A stretch of DNA of 63,928 bases, the filler included, from Octopus bimaculoides (taxonomy: Eukaryota): the NCBI RefSeq assembly GCF_001194135.2. It is 8 parts of 7 records of this genome, joined end to end, with 100 filler letters (N's around TTAATTAATTAA, not from the genome) between each part and the next. Parts side by side here need not be neighbours in the genome. Positions count along the whole stretch, not along the records: positions 34,993 to 40,341 come from NC_068986.1; positions 40,442 to 62,422 come from NC_068986.1; 6 more parts are not named here. The stretch is one strand, 5' to 3'. The notes beneath the pieces are model-generated. The model saw only the letters and a list, made by a program, of their open reading frames with translations, did no database searches and had not been told where the DNA came from. Below, one piece after another: positions 37,437-50,209 of this stretch. The position numbers were made by a program, and so were the translations under genes. Position 1 is the first letter of the stretch; each line of letters opens with the position of its first letter.

Positions 37437-37852
37437 TGTGATCCTTTCTAACAATTCGCGTAAGAGTCCGACGGTCCCTATCTGAATGTTTTTTTTTTCC
37501 GGAGTTTCGTTTCGACGAGGAGGTTTTTTCCCTCTTTCTCAAAGGATGTCATTACTTTGGAGACAGTACTTCTTGATACGCCAAACATTTCGGCTGTTTT
37601 CGTTACGCTAGCGTTTGCCATACGCGCACCAAGTTGAGCTCTTTGAAATTCCGATAGATCTGTCATTTTAATGAATTTTAATTACCTTTTTCTGATGATA
37701 TCTGAAAAGAAACAGCAATTTTAGCAAAACATATTAAGCAACACTAATAATAAATAAATAAATAAATAAAAAAACATAAAAATAAACAAGCATTTGGCGG
37801 TTTTATAGATATTTCAAAATTATGATGCTATGATGTTACGTGTTTCCATTAT
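37437..37852 (-). mobile_element. Tc1 (DD36E family) 5' fragment
   Basis: MTDLSEFQRAQLGARMANASVTKTAEMFGVSRSTVSKVM, matching 57355; partial TIR GTGTTTCCATTATT at about 37840. Confidence 0.9.
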
Positions 37853-38014
37853 TCTGAGTTTTCTATATGATACCTTTTCAGTGTCTTCGCGTTTATTCAA
37901 ACTTCGTTATATTTGGTTTGCGCCTGAAGAATATGTTTGAGTTTTCTCAACATATGAAATTATCAGAAGTGCTTTAATACATGTATTATGACCTTTAAAT
38001 AAATTATATATATA

Positions 38015-38440
38015 CGTGGTCTGATCAAAAAGTATCAGGACGGTTGCTATAGTAACGAAACTAAAGCCCGAAGAATAAAGCCGCATGGCACAGATTGATT
38101 ATAAACTTTGTTATGCGTGCGCACTAAGTTTTAAAATTCTAGCTTACTTCCGCTGCTCACAGCAGTACTTGGAATGAAGGTGTGTAGCGTGTGATCGTCG
38201 CATTGATCATGACGTAAAATTGAGCTGGGAATTTGCATCAAATTTTGCCAAAAGCTTGGCGATATATGCTCAGAGGCCTACGCAAAGTTTTGGAAAAGCT
38301 TTTATCGTTCTCGATACAATTAAGGAGATCTTGTGCAACTGAAACCCGAGTGTCTTTTTGGTCAGCTGAAAGCAGTTTTGGCACAAACTTGGCAGACACG
38401 CGTTTCATTCCCAAATCTTCAGTGATTATGAACTGAACTG
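38015..38440. mobile_element. Rearranged mariner fragment: 5' TIR and N-terminus (+) fused to an inverted internal piece (-)
   Basis: TA|CGTGGTCTGATCAAAAAGTATC TIR; + strand ICIKFCQKLG; - strand EDLGMKRVSAKFVPKLLSADQKDTRVSVAQDLL. Confidence 0.75.
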
Positions 38441-38854
38441 AACTGAACCGTAACTAATCTGCACGCCCGTGTGAGTTTTCTTTTTTGTGCATGTATGTAT
38501 TTGTGGGTATCCATGTCTGTGTTTTTATTGTTCTCACGTGGGTACGTGTAATATCCAGTTTTCTCGTCTATTTAGAGTCCGTTGTTATTCGTAGCACAGC
38601 AGCTTGCGGTAGAAATATCCATAAATTAAGTACCAGACTGAAGTAAATGTTGGTGTAAATATGGTCAACTAAAAGCACTTGAATGTGGTGCCCCAGTAAC
38701 GCCATTGTCCAGTGCATGAAACCAGTGACAGTACAAAATAATAAAAGATTATCTTTTATCATCACCATTAAAATATTAGCAACATGTAGCTTAATCATCG
38801 ATAATCATTGTACTATCTCTCTTCCGCCTCTTTCTCAAGCATCTCCACCGCAAG

Positions 38855-38855
38855 C

Positions 38856-38916
<61 letters not shown>

Positions 38917-39589
38917 CCATTATCATCATCATCATGATCATCATCATGATCATCATCATCATCATCATCATCAATATCGTCATTATCAATTTTGTTGTTG
39001 TTGTCGTTGATGTCATCATCATCATCATCATCATCATCATCTCTGTTGTCGTCATCGTCATCATCGTCATCGTTATCATCATTATCTTCAGCAATATTTT
39101 CGTTGCTGTCATGGTCGGGTCGTAGTCGTAGTCGTCGTCGACAATGGTATCCTCACCACCTTCATTTTCCTAATTTTCCTTATCAGCCCCTTTATTATCT
39201 TTATAATTGTCATCAACATCATCATAGCTACATTCATCCTCACGTCGCTACCACCACCATAAACACTACAAATACATACCACAACCACCTACACCACTAC
39301 CATTATTGCCGTCAATACCAGAGTCATCACCACCACCTCCACCACCGTCTCAACCGCCATCATTGATGTAACCATCGCAATAATCACCACCACTTCCACC
39401 ATTCACACGACAACCATCGTCATCATCACCAGCACTATCATTGCCACCATCACCGCCATCACCACCACCTCCACCACCACCACCACCATCACCACTGCTA
39501 CCATCCAGACCACGACCATTGTCACCATCATCTTCACCACCACGACCATCACTACCATCACCACTACCTCCAGCACCGTCATCACCATC

Positions 39590-39635
<46 letters not shown>

Positions 39636-39690
39636 CCAACAACAACGCCAACAACAACAAAAACAACAACATCAACCGCAGCAACATCGC
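38855..39690. repeat. Compound (GAT)n/(CAT)n/(CAC)n/(CAA)n microsatellite region
   Basis: Directly visible; explains the poly-Met/Ile/Pro/Gly ORFs. Confidence 0.9.
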
Positions 39691-40251
39691 CATTACAAAG
39701 CGCCATATCGGCTCTGTTAGTTGGTTGTTAACGCCAATCAATTCAGTGACCTTCACAACTTTATAATATTGGAAGTATCGTATTGTGCCGTTTTCAGTTG
39801 GAGCAATACAGCTGGATCTATGATTCATAGTATATCGATTATTGAAATACATTTATATAATCATGTACTTACTCAGACGTTTTGAGGGTTTATGACTAAA
39901 GAGGTGAAAAATAACAGTTTGAATTATTCTTCTTTTCATTTATTAAATGGTTCTTCTTATGACATAGTTTTCATACTGTAATATTTTGTATCACCACAAT
40001 CTCTATACTGCCTCCACACTTTCTCTCTCCCTCTCTCTCTTAGTTTCTTCCTCTTTTTCTTTCTCTCTCACATCCCTCTGATTTTTACTCTCCCTCTTGG
40101 ACTCGCATTTCTTCTTGCTCTTCCTTAGTCTTTATTTTACCTCGTACTTTCGTCACTAGCCACCCCACATCTCTCCCTCTCTCACTCTTGCTCGCTCGCT
40201 CGCGCTCTCTGTCTCTCTGTCTCTTTGTCTCTCTCTCTCTCTCACTCTCTT

Positions 40252-40282
<31 letters not shown>

Positions 40283-40287
40283 ATCTC

Positions 40288-40341
<54 letters not shown>

Positions 40342-40441
40342 NNNNNNNNNNNNNNNNNNNNNNNNNNNNNNNNNNNNNNNNNNNNTTAATTAATTAANNN
40401 NNNNNNNNNNNNNNNNNNNNNNNNNNNNNNNNNNNNNNNNN
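40342..40441. other. Artificial scaffold-join spacer
   Basis: 44N-TTAATTAATTAA-44N. Confidence 0.97.
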
Positions 40442-41349
40442 ATATATATATTTACATACAAACATACCCATAGGTACATACGTATTACATGTGTTGAGAA
40501 GGGAGCATTATTGCAGCAGTTTGTATTATTCTTTTTATATAATTATAATAATTATACACAAACATATATATATTCATAAAAACGTGTGATCACATGTTTA
40601 TATATAACTTAACCTCATGAACTTCCTCTTGATCCCCTCCATTTTCTTATTGCTGTATAAATTAAGGGTAAAATAACTTTTTACCCTCACTCATTTATTA
40701 CACTCAGTAATGTAATTTCCATGCAATGAAAAAACACTTGTGTATTAATAATTGGGTATTCTACCAGCAGTATATTGGATAGATATTATCCCTTAGTTGG
40801 TTGGATTCACAACCTCTAACTCTCTTGGAATATATATATATATATATAAATATATACTCACACATATACATACGTCCATACGCATACACACTCGCTCCGT
40901 TCACACATACACACTCACACACACCATTCACACATACACACATGCGCTTGTGCACCTTAGTTCATTGGGGCTACCATTATCATTATCATTATTATTTCCT
41001 TTTCATTCAGCCACTTTATTCCAGTCATCTCATCATGTTGGACCATTGAACTCTGCACATTTTTATCTCTCTCCATTTTTTTCTCATAATCCTTTCTGTC
41101 AAAGAGCATAGACTTGAAGCGTAGAAGACTTTTCCATTCTTCCTGAACTTTAAACTAATACTCCTGCTTGTTGTTCCTACACCTGTCTTCGTCTTTTGTT
41201 TTCTGTATGCTAGCATGGAAGGCGGACGTTAAACGACGATGATGATGATGATGATATATATATATATAATGGAGAAATAATACAAAATGTATAAATAGAT
41301 GATGAGTAAAGCAGCGGTACAGTTTCAATTACCTGTTGTTATATATATA

Positions 41350-42470
41350 GTGGGTCATCCCATAAATAATGCGATTTTTTTATACTTCTTTTATTTTTCA
41401 AAATTAAGTTAAACAAAGTTCTTTTTTAATCTAAAATATACTCTCCTTCATTTTCTACAATGCTCTTCCATCTGTCTGGTAGACTTGCAAGGCCCCTCTT
41501 CCAAAATTCACTTGTCCATGACAAAAAATACTTCTCCAATACTGTTATGACCTCATTTACAGAATTCATATTTTTCCCATCCAAATGATTTTGAAGACTG
41601 CAGAATAAATGATAATCAAATGGGGCAATGTCCAACAAATATAGTGGGTGGGGCATCATTTCCCATTCAAACTGCTCCAGCTTTTGAAATGTCACTCTTG
41701 TTGTATGTGGCTGAGCATTATCCTGATGGAAGAACACCTTTTGTCTTGAAACCAAAGATGGTTGTTTTTCTTCCAGCACTGACTTAATCTGCTCAGGCTG
41801 CTTGCAGTAGATCTCCTTTGTTATTGTTTGGTTTGAGTTTAAAAGGTCAAAGTGGACTAAGCCTTTCATATCCCACCAAACAGATAACAACACCTTACCT
41901 GGGGGGAGACCTTCTTTAGCCTGGGGTGCCAGTGTTTCTCCTTTCCTTACCCACTGTCTTTGGTGCTTGACATTTTTATAGAGAATCCATTTCTTATCAC
42001 CAGTCACTATTCAGTCCAAGAAAGTTTCATTCATGTGATGTGACAGCAAAGAAGAGCACACATTCACTCAGAAAGTTTGTGAGGAATCCATTGACCCAAT
42101 TTGCTGACTTTTTTGATGGCACACAGGTATCGATGAATGGTTGAATGACCAAATCCAAGCTTCTATGCTAGTTCCTCAACGGTTACAATGGGATTTTGTT
42201 CTACCGGGGTTTGCAGGACATCCTAATTGAGCTCTACAGATCTTCCAGAATGAGGCTCGTCTTCTAGGCTGTAGTTTCCAGCTCGGAATTTCTGGAACCA
42301 CCATTGACACTGGCTTACACTTATTGTCCAATCCCTATATATTGCATTAATATTCCTTGCACTTTCTATAATGTTGTTGTCTTTATTGAACTCATAAAGC
42401 AAAATATGCCGAAAATGCTCCTTTGTCACTTCCATTATAGCTTTGAAAAAATAACTCCTTACACTCTCAA
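41350..42470 (-). mobile_element. mariner transposon (DD34D), near full-length transposase pseudogene
   Basis: ORFs 42435-42223 and 42007-41426 joined through in-frame stops. Motifs WIPHKL, VTGDKKW, HQDNAQPH-(34 aa)-DYHLF; TIR remnant TA|GTGGGTCATCCCATAAATAATGCG. Confidence 0.93.
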
Positions 42471-42642
42471 GTGGTCCATAGTCATCAATGCCAAGCCTTA
42501 CAGCAGTTATAATAACAAGTGTTATCTCTGCATAGCTGAGGTTTTGGCTATTTTGAAATCCACAGATTGTCTCAATGAACGCAGCAGTATAATATTCACC
42601 TGCAAATATCGGCCACTAAATCTATTCTCAAAATATAAATAA
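42450..42642 (+). mobile_element. Penelope-like GIY-YIG C-terminal fragment
   Basis: YTLKWSIVINAKPYSSYNNKCYLCIAEVLAIL...LNERSSIIFTCKY resembles PLE IKWSI...AxxYS...RCxLCxxEKxxI...LNKRxE...CRH. Confidence 0.8.
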
Positions 42643-42804
42643 TTACAACCCCACCCAGCTCTTTTCTCCCGCTAACCTTCATACACTTTTTCCTTCCTTC
42701 TTATCCACCCTCACTACCACTATGTATTAAATCAACAATATTTCTCCCCTTTAATTCCTTGATTATCAATTACAAACTTCTCTCCATATTTTTCCTTACC
42801 ATTA

Positions 42805-43305
42805 GGCACAGGCATGGCTGTGTGGTAAGAAGCTTGCTTCCTAATCACATGGTTCTGGGATTCAGTCCCACTGCATGGCACCTTGGGCAAGTGTCTTGTA
42901 CTGTAGCCTCGGGCTGACCAAAGCCTTGTGAGTGTAGATGGAAACTGAAAGAAGCCTGTATATATATATATGTGTATAATTATTACAAATTAAAAGGGTA
43001 AAGGATTATCAATTTATTAATTTATTAATAAATCGGTATGTGGTGAAACAAATATTTGCTGATCCCTAAATTATGTTTATAAATATATATATATATATGT
43101 TTATGCATCTGTGTTTGTCCCCTCACCATCGCTTGACAACTGATGTTGGTGTGTTTACATCCCCGTAACTTAGTGGTTCGGTAAAAGAGACTGATAGAAT
43201 AAGTACTAGGCTTACAAGGAATAAGTACTGGGGTCGATTTGTTCGACTAAAGGCAGTGCTCCAGCATGGCTGCAGTCAAATGACTGAAACAAATAAAAGA
43301 ATAAA
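42805..43305 (+). mobile_element. tRNA-derived SINE family A (head 42805-42960, AT-rich insert, tail 43100-43305)
   Basis: Same head and tail modules as 4565-4894, with the full tail ...GGCAGTGCTCCAGCATGGCTGCAGTCAAATGACTGAAAC. Confidence 0.85.
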
Positions 43306-43799
43306 AGAATCTAAAAAAAATTTTTTCTTTTCTTTTATTTCAACTCCCTCCTCCTCCTACCCCTCCATCCATAAACTTACAAGTACATATGCCTACATAC
43401 ACCTCCACCACTTCATACTGTTTTCTTTTCTTTTTTTTTTTACTTATAATACCACTCCCCTGCTAATTTCTGTGATTTGGCCAAAAAAGCCCTTTGGATA
43501 TCAAGTGAAATACCTGTGCTTAAATTCCTCACTCTACCTTGCTTTATCCATATACACTTTCTTTCTTCCCCACGACCAAAAATACTTCCCCACCTTCTCC
43601 CCTTCAAATTATCTTTTCTTTAAATACCAATCCCCTTACTAAATTCTGTGATTCAGCCAAAACAACTCTGTTATTCATTATCAGTCAACTGACCTTGTTC
43701 TCACTCCATTATATTTTCTTCTTTTTTCCTTTCTTCTAATATTTATTTCTCCCTACATTTATATACTCCTCTCATACTGTGTTCTCTACTACACATTCT

Positions 43800-43985
43800 G
43801 ATTGAATCTTCCTTGAATCAACATGTACCTCCTTACAATAATATAACCTTTAATCTAATCAAGATATCCTTGGCCTGAAAAGTAGCCAGCAGTATACACC
43901 TCACTTGGATTTTACCACTTCTGAAGTTTAACTTGCTCTGAAACATGTAGCCTCGATCTTTCCTACTTCATTCTCTAACTCCTGT
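43800..43985 (+). repeat. Solo homologue of the arm of the 17661-18050 fold-back
   Basis: Shares AACATGTACCTCCTT, AATCAAGA.ATCCTTGGCCTG, TCACTTGGAT..TTACCACTT and GAAACAT..AGCC..GATCTTT.CTACT.CATT. Confidence 0.85.
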
Positions 43986-44129
43986 ATGTATATNNNNNNN
44001 NNNNNNNNNNNNNNNNNNNNNNNNNNNNNNNNNNNNNNNNNNNNNNNNNNNNNNNNNNNNNNNNNNNNNNNNNNNNNNNNNNNNNNNNNNNNNNNNNNNN
44101 NNNNNNNNNNNNNNNNNNNNNNNNNNNNN

Positions 44130-44174
<45 letters not shown>

Positions 44175-44739
44175 TACATGGAAAAATGCAAGCATGAAAA
44201 GTAATATTCTTAAGATTATAAACCTGGAAAAGTACAGGACAAGTTATTACACCTGTGAAAGTATAGGACTTCTAGTAAAGTAAAGAATATATGTATGTAT
44301 GTATGTATGTATTAGACTTCTAAGTAGTTTCCGTCTAGGAAACATCAATCAAGTCATGGATGGTGACTCATAAGTAGATGTTACTTATTTCAGCTTCACG
44401 CTTTAATTCTGTGCCAAACAAACAACTAATAGTGAAGCTCTCTGTGAGATAAACACCTGGAATTTACCTCTTCCTCCCACAACACCAACCTTAAGAAGTC
44501 TTTTGATGTAACCTAGGCATTATTGTTAACAAAAATCTGTATTGGTTGAACCACATTTCTAAAAATGTTGTAGTGGTGATTTGAAACCTTAACTGCTAGA
44601 AAATTAGTCAGGAACCACAGTGAACCAGCATAGTTTCACATAAGTCTATTAATCAACCAATGAGCATGAGACTGTGGCATGACATGGATTTCTCAAACGT
44701 TCTAGAATGTTCTTTCTTATACGCTATATAAAAAACCGT

Positions 44740-45640
44740 TTTGCTGCTCAATTAATGACAGAGTTTTGAAGGTCACTGACTAATTCACATACCTCCACGC
44801 TTGCCAATGCAGACAGTTCAGGACAGCTGTGCAGACAATTCCAAGCCCTCAGACAGTCCAAACTGAACATTCACACAATGTCTCATAAGTAACTTCTATG
44901 GATTTGGCATTGTTTTTCTCTCTCTCCCAGTCAGCAAACATTCATGTAGTTCATTGTAAATAAACAACACCAATATTTTTTTATCTGGCAATAAATATTT
45001 TGATTAAATGTCCATAAGTGTACTTCAGTTATTATTCATGCAGCCAAAGAAATATATCTTCATTTACCAGCTTCACAGTGCACCAACCAAGCTACCATTG
45101 TGGCAGTATCAAAAAGGTCAAAGCCATCTGAGCATCATTCAGTAAGACCTTTATCGGCTGCTCACCAGCTATACAGTTAAAGCTATATTGGCTACAGTAC
45201 ATCCACACTTAGAGTTTGCATCTTCAAGGAACTCCCATCTTGTCCAAAATATCAATCTATCAGAACATTTCCAGAGACATGCAAGCAGATGGATGCCCTC
45301 TGTCAGTCACTTACCATATCTTGAATATTTTGCTTGCTTCACTGGGCATTGTCTCATTAAAGTTTCATTATCTAGCAGATGATTTGGTGCAAGCCCACAA
45401 GATTATCCACCACCTCTTCAAAAGCAATTTTGGCCACCTCTTTCAACTCAACACCTCTACCACTTGTAGACATCCTTATAAAATAAAAAGCTGTGGGGCA
45501 CCCACGACTTTCGGAAACATTTTTTTACACTCAAAATTGTCAAAGCATGGAATAAACTATTTGTGTTAGTCAATAGCATCAGGCCAACTGTTAGCATCAG
45601 GACACTGCATCCTTCAAAAATTCCACACTTTCTGAAATTT
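44740..45640 (+). mobile_element. CR1/L2-type LINE 3' relic
   Basis: VHPHLEFAS...NINLSEHFQRHASRWMP, DDLVQAHKII and RKHFFTLKIVKAWNKL. Confidence 0.75.
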
Positions 45641-45869
45641 ACCACCACTACTCCCGATGTGCCTATGCACCTGTACTCTTGATGGACCTTTCACTGTCCA
45701 CTTTGCTGCCTTTTTGTCTTTTATTGTGTAACTGTGCAAGTATTTCTAGCTTCCATTGTTGCCTTTCTTTTCTCGACTTATATGATTATTGTCTATCCTC
45801 TCTTTTGACCTTTTTGTAGCAAGTTGTAGTGCACCTGAATAGTATTAGAGAGTTGACAGTATCAATTAA

Positions 45870-46135
45870 CTCCCTCCTACTAAAATTGCTGGCCTTATGC
45901 CAAAATTTGAAGCCATTAGTATTATAGTGAGCTGGCAGAATCATTAGCACTGTGGACAAAATGGTGCTAAGCATTTTGTTCATCTTTACATTCTGAGTTC
46001 AAATTTTGAGGAAGTTGACTTTGCCTTTCATTCTTTTGGAGTCCATAAAATAAGTACCATTTGAGCGCTGGGGTCGATGCAATTGATTAGCCCCTTCACC
46101 CCTAAACTCCAAGCCTTGTGCTTATAATAGAAAGG
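45870..46135 (+). mobile_element. tRNA-derived SINE family B
   Basis: GAGCTGGCAGAATCATTAGCAC...TTCTGAGTTCAAATT...TTGACTTTGCCTTTCATTC...GGGGTCGATG...GCCTTGTGCTTATAATAGAAAGG. Confidence 0.85.
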
Positions 46136-46234
46136 ATTATCATTATTATTGTTTTACTTCTCAGAATGCTCGGTCTTGTTTGTTCTGGTAGATTTTGTGA
46201 GAGCGGACAGCAGCCTACTATCAGAGGTCTCACA

Positions 46235-46275
<41 letters not shown>

Positions 46276-46329
46276 TGTCCATCCAACACCTGTACTAAGT
46301 ATTTTTTTTGAATTAGCTTTGTCCTAGCT

Positions 46330-46680
46330 TCATATTGGATATATTTTCAGGAGTGGATCATAACTAATGACTATGGGTCCTGTCAGCTTTCTCATTCCAG
46401 TTACATTGACATCATTTTTCTTAAAATCTTAGCTGTTCCAAGTAGCGTGTTTTCTGGAGAATCTCAATCTTGATAGTGAGCCCAAGTTTGCCAAGCCACT
46501 TCTGAAATTGATTTTTCATGGTTCCAATTACCCTTATAACAATAGGTATGATCTCCACATCCCTCAGTTCTCACAAACATGCTATTTCATGCTTCAAATC
46601 TTGGTGCCTGTACACTTTGTTCTTTTTTTTCAGCCAAATGGATATTTCCTGGGATAGTGTTGTGGTGAAAGATATTAACA
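46330..46680 (-). mobile_element. R4/Dong-clade (restriction-like endonuclease) LINE 3' end
   Basis: IPGNIHLAEKK / YRHQDLKHEIACL*ELRDVEIIPIVIRVIGT...LGLTIKIEILQKT resembles VAIPGD...EKIEKYQDLKREI...VVPVVIGALG...LQK. Confidence 0.75.
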
Positions 46681-46779
46681 CCCCTGTGTAATTAAAAGGT
46701 GAACTCGTTGAACTCTTATAAAGAGTAACACGTCTCATTGAGACAAGTAAGAAGGCGCTAGAGTTTCACATGTTGGTGG

Positions 46780-49443
46780 CAGGCTTGCCAAACGTATTTT
46801 GACGAAAGTACCAGATTTAGCAAAATAAAAGTACCAAATTTTGCCAAAAAGTACCAAAGTTTAAATTTGTAATATTTTGCTTATAAATCAACTGAAATGC
46901 ATAATATATATCATTTATAATATACAAGGCTTTATTTTAAAGTGACTTACATATATTTAACGTACTTACTTTATAATTAGAAGGTTGCATCATCGATAGG
47001 GTGAGGCTGCTCTTTGTACCAATGTCCTTGTCCTTCTTTTAATTTAGCACAAAGCTCTGCATCGGATGTAATAAGTTGTGCATTTTACATCATGAAGAAG
47101 ACTTTTTGAATGTAGCAGAGCATTGATTGTTTGGATATGCAGTTTAGACCTATTCTTAACTTTAATGTTATTTAGGACTGAAAATATTCTCTCAGCTGCA
47201 GCTTAAGAATGTGGTAATGATAGGAGTTGAAACATAAAGAAAGCATGATAGGACCAGATAACGAGCTTCATCTCCACATTTTTCCATAGAAATTTTATAC
47301 CATAGAAATTTTATACCAATAATCTTCTGGTTTGGTAGCTTCAGTTATGTCATTGTAATCTTGAAGTTTAAGTTCTCTCCATTCTTTATTAAGAACTTCA
47401 ATCCGACTCTCCTGAACAATATTTGGAAATTTGCATGCCAGAGGAACAATTGAACTTGGATCATTACAATCACAAGTACTAACTGGGTCTAGTGCCTCTA
47501 GAAGCTTCAGATTACAGAAGAAATCATGTGCAAAATGTGCTGAAAAAATTCCTTCCCAAGACGGACATAAAAATTTAATGTTTTCACATGAAATTGTTTC
47601 AATTTAGTTGTATTAATAGATGAAGCTTTCTTTATGTAGATGCTTTCAATTTTTGCTCCTCTATAAATTTCAGTTATAGGAAGATATACATTGATGGATC
47701 ATTGATATTAATTTCATGTAGCTCTTTATTTTTCACAATTTCTTCTTTAACAAAATTGCAAAGTATTCCCTTAACAGTACATGTAATAGATTTGTGCAGT
47801 TTGTGCATTTTATAGCTTTCTGAGTGGAAATTTAAGTTCAGCTTAATAATATCTGGCAAAATATATGATAAAAATGCATAATACATCACTGTGATTAGAT
47901 TTGTTAATGAGTTCAGCACATTTGAAGCTGCACTGTTGTTATCTTCAATAGCAATAGTTGTAGAGAATAACACTAGAGCAGGCCACTGTTCTAGTATTCT
48001 TTTGACAACTTGTTCTAAAGATAGCCACCTTGTACAACTTACATGTAATAATTTATGAGGATTTGTTTGAGCGAATGCCTGAAATTCTTTATATTCCTGC
48101 AGACTCTTTGGGCTATTTGAGAAGAATGAATATTTGCTTCTAACAATTTCTTCTAAGTATATAGGTAATTCGGAACATGTCTTTGATGCACAGATATGCA
48201 TAGAGTGACAGACACAACCCTGAATAAAGAGAGAGGGAACTTTGTTCTTCCGTAATGCCTGCACACCTCCCTTCTGTCCCATCATTGCTCTAACATTGTC
48301 ACTGGCAAATCAAAATTTTAAAAGGAATATCATGTAAAGTGAAGAATCTTTCAATAGAGGAAAAAATTCCATTAGCAGAGCAATCCTTGACTTCCAAAAG
48401 AATTAAATAACTATCAATAATTTTTTGAGTTCTACAATCATGAAATCTAGCTAACAGAACAAGCTGGGTTTTTTGTTTTTCCACATACATCAGTAATTTC
48501 ATTAACAATTAATGAAAACATGCACACTTTTAATTGTTTAATGAGGTTTTCAAAGTAATAAAAGCTTAAAACATGTTTATATATTTGAGTAGCTTTGGTT
48601 CTTCATTTAATATCTTTAGCTATTTTGGAATCAGGACATGCATTCTGAATTAGTCATGATAAATGATCCATAAGTCCCACTGGTAAGTTATGTTCTGCAA
48701 TGAAGGAACAAAGCTTAAGCTCCACAGCTGCTACATTTGTAATATGAACAAAAGAAGATGTAGGCTGCAAAAAAGTCAGTCAGTTTTCCATTTTTATTTT
48801 CTGAATTAACATTTTTAATATGTTTATCCGTTTTTCCATGCCTCTCCAGATAAGTTACATTGCCTTGAATTTCATAATAAAATTTACAGTATGCTTTTTC
48901 GGTATTTGTTTTACTTGGTTCTAACCGTGATGAAAATCAAGAATCCAATAAAATTTTGTTCACTAATTTATGATTATATTGTATAATCCTTTTCTTTGGC
49001 GGAGTTAAACCCAAGTCAATTTCATCACTGCTTTTATCATTCATATTCTTGCTTATCATGAAGATTATAAATTGCTCATAATTGATAACAGTTTAACAAG
49101 ACAGTAAGGAAGCACTTGTCACTTATGTATAAAACATGCTACTGACTGGCATTAGAGGTTGCAAGCTGGCGATATTGGATGGTATGTATGATACACCTAT
49201 TGAACACATTCTATACCAACTAGCTACCAATTAGCTATAAACTGCCTCGTTATAAAATGTTGCAAAATATATTTTAATATAAAATAGTTAGCCAATAGTG
49301 ATGTAATGTATTTATTGTTACATTGTTCACTTATGCTGTAAACTTATTTTTTTACGTAAAGTGAAAAGATTTGAAAAAAGTAGCAAATTATTGCAACGTA
49401 TTACCGCACACCAAAAGTACCAAATTTGGTACAATAGTACCTT
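46780..49443 (-). mobile_element. hAT DNA transposon relic (transposase ~48900-47130)
   Basis: ELKLCSFIAEHNLP...PDSKIAKDIK.RTKAT, SDNVRAMMG, CVCHSMHIC (CxxH) and TRWLSL. TIR-like CAGGCTTGCCA at 46780; subterminal AAGTACCA repeats at both ends. Confidence 0.9.
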
Positions 49444-50147
49444 TTGAGGTCGATAGATTAAGTACTAGTGAAACACTGGGGTCGATGTAATCAACTAGTC
49501 CCCTCCCCCAAAGTTCAGGCCTTGTGCTTATAGTAGAAAAGATTATTATTATTATTGAATGACAGAGCAGTGCATGCCATCAAAGTGACACTGGGGTAAA
49601 ATATATGAAACCCAGTATACCCATCATGACTACTTGTCTGGGTACACCAGGCACATGCACCACAACCGTAGGTGCACAACATGGTGATCTCATATCAAAA
49701 TAACCAGTGCATGACCTTGCAGGTGGAGCCTAGTTAGAATTTTCTTCAGGTTGAGTAGCCCATCCCACTCAAAAGGTCTCTGAATAAAAGTTGTTTAAGG
49801 ATGTTGAATGAAATACCCATGTTTCCAGAGGTGAATTATTCAAGCCCCAAAAAATTCCTCTCAACACATGGCTATGATGCTCCTCCACTACTTCTGCTTG
49901 TGATCAGAGATACACATATCATCAGCCACCAAAGAACATGCTCAACTGGTTAAGGTCAAACAACTGACAAGAAAATCTGTGGTATTGAGCAAATTATTTG
50001 CTGTGGCCCATCTTTTATACCAAGACATACATGATAACGCTTCCAATCAGTTAAGATCAGTCATGAGAGCTAGTGCCTGGTACTGCATCAGGGCATTATT
50101 ACTGTTGTTGTTGCTGTTGTTGTTTAGGCCTTGTGTCAGTAGTAGAA

Positions 50148-50209
<62 letters not shown>

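Noticed and set aside
39350-39852. Poly-Pro/Gly extensin- or formin-like ORFs
   Set aside because: They derive from a (CAC)n/(CAT)n/(CAA)n microsatellite.
1970-44204. Long ORFs containing runs of X
   Set aside because: They only read through N-gaps and (TA)n/(CA)n flanks.
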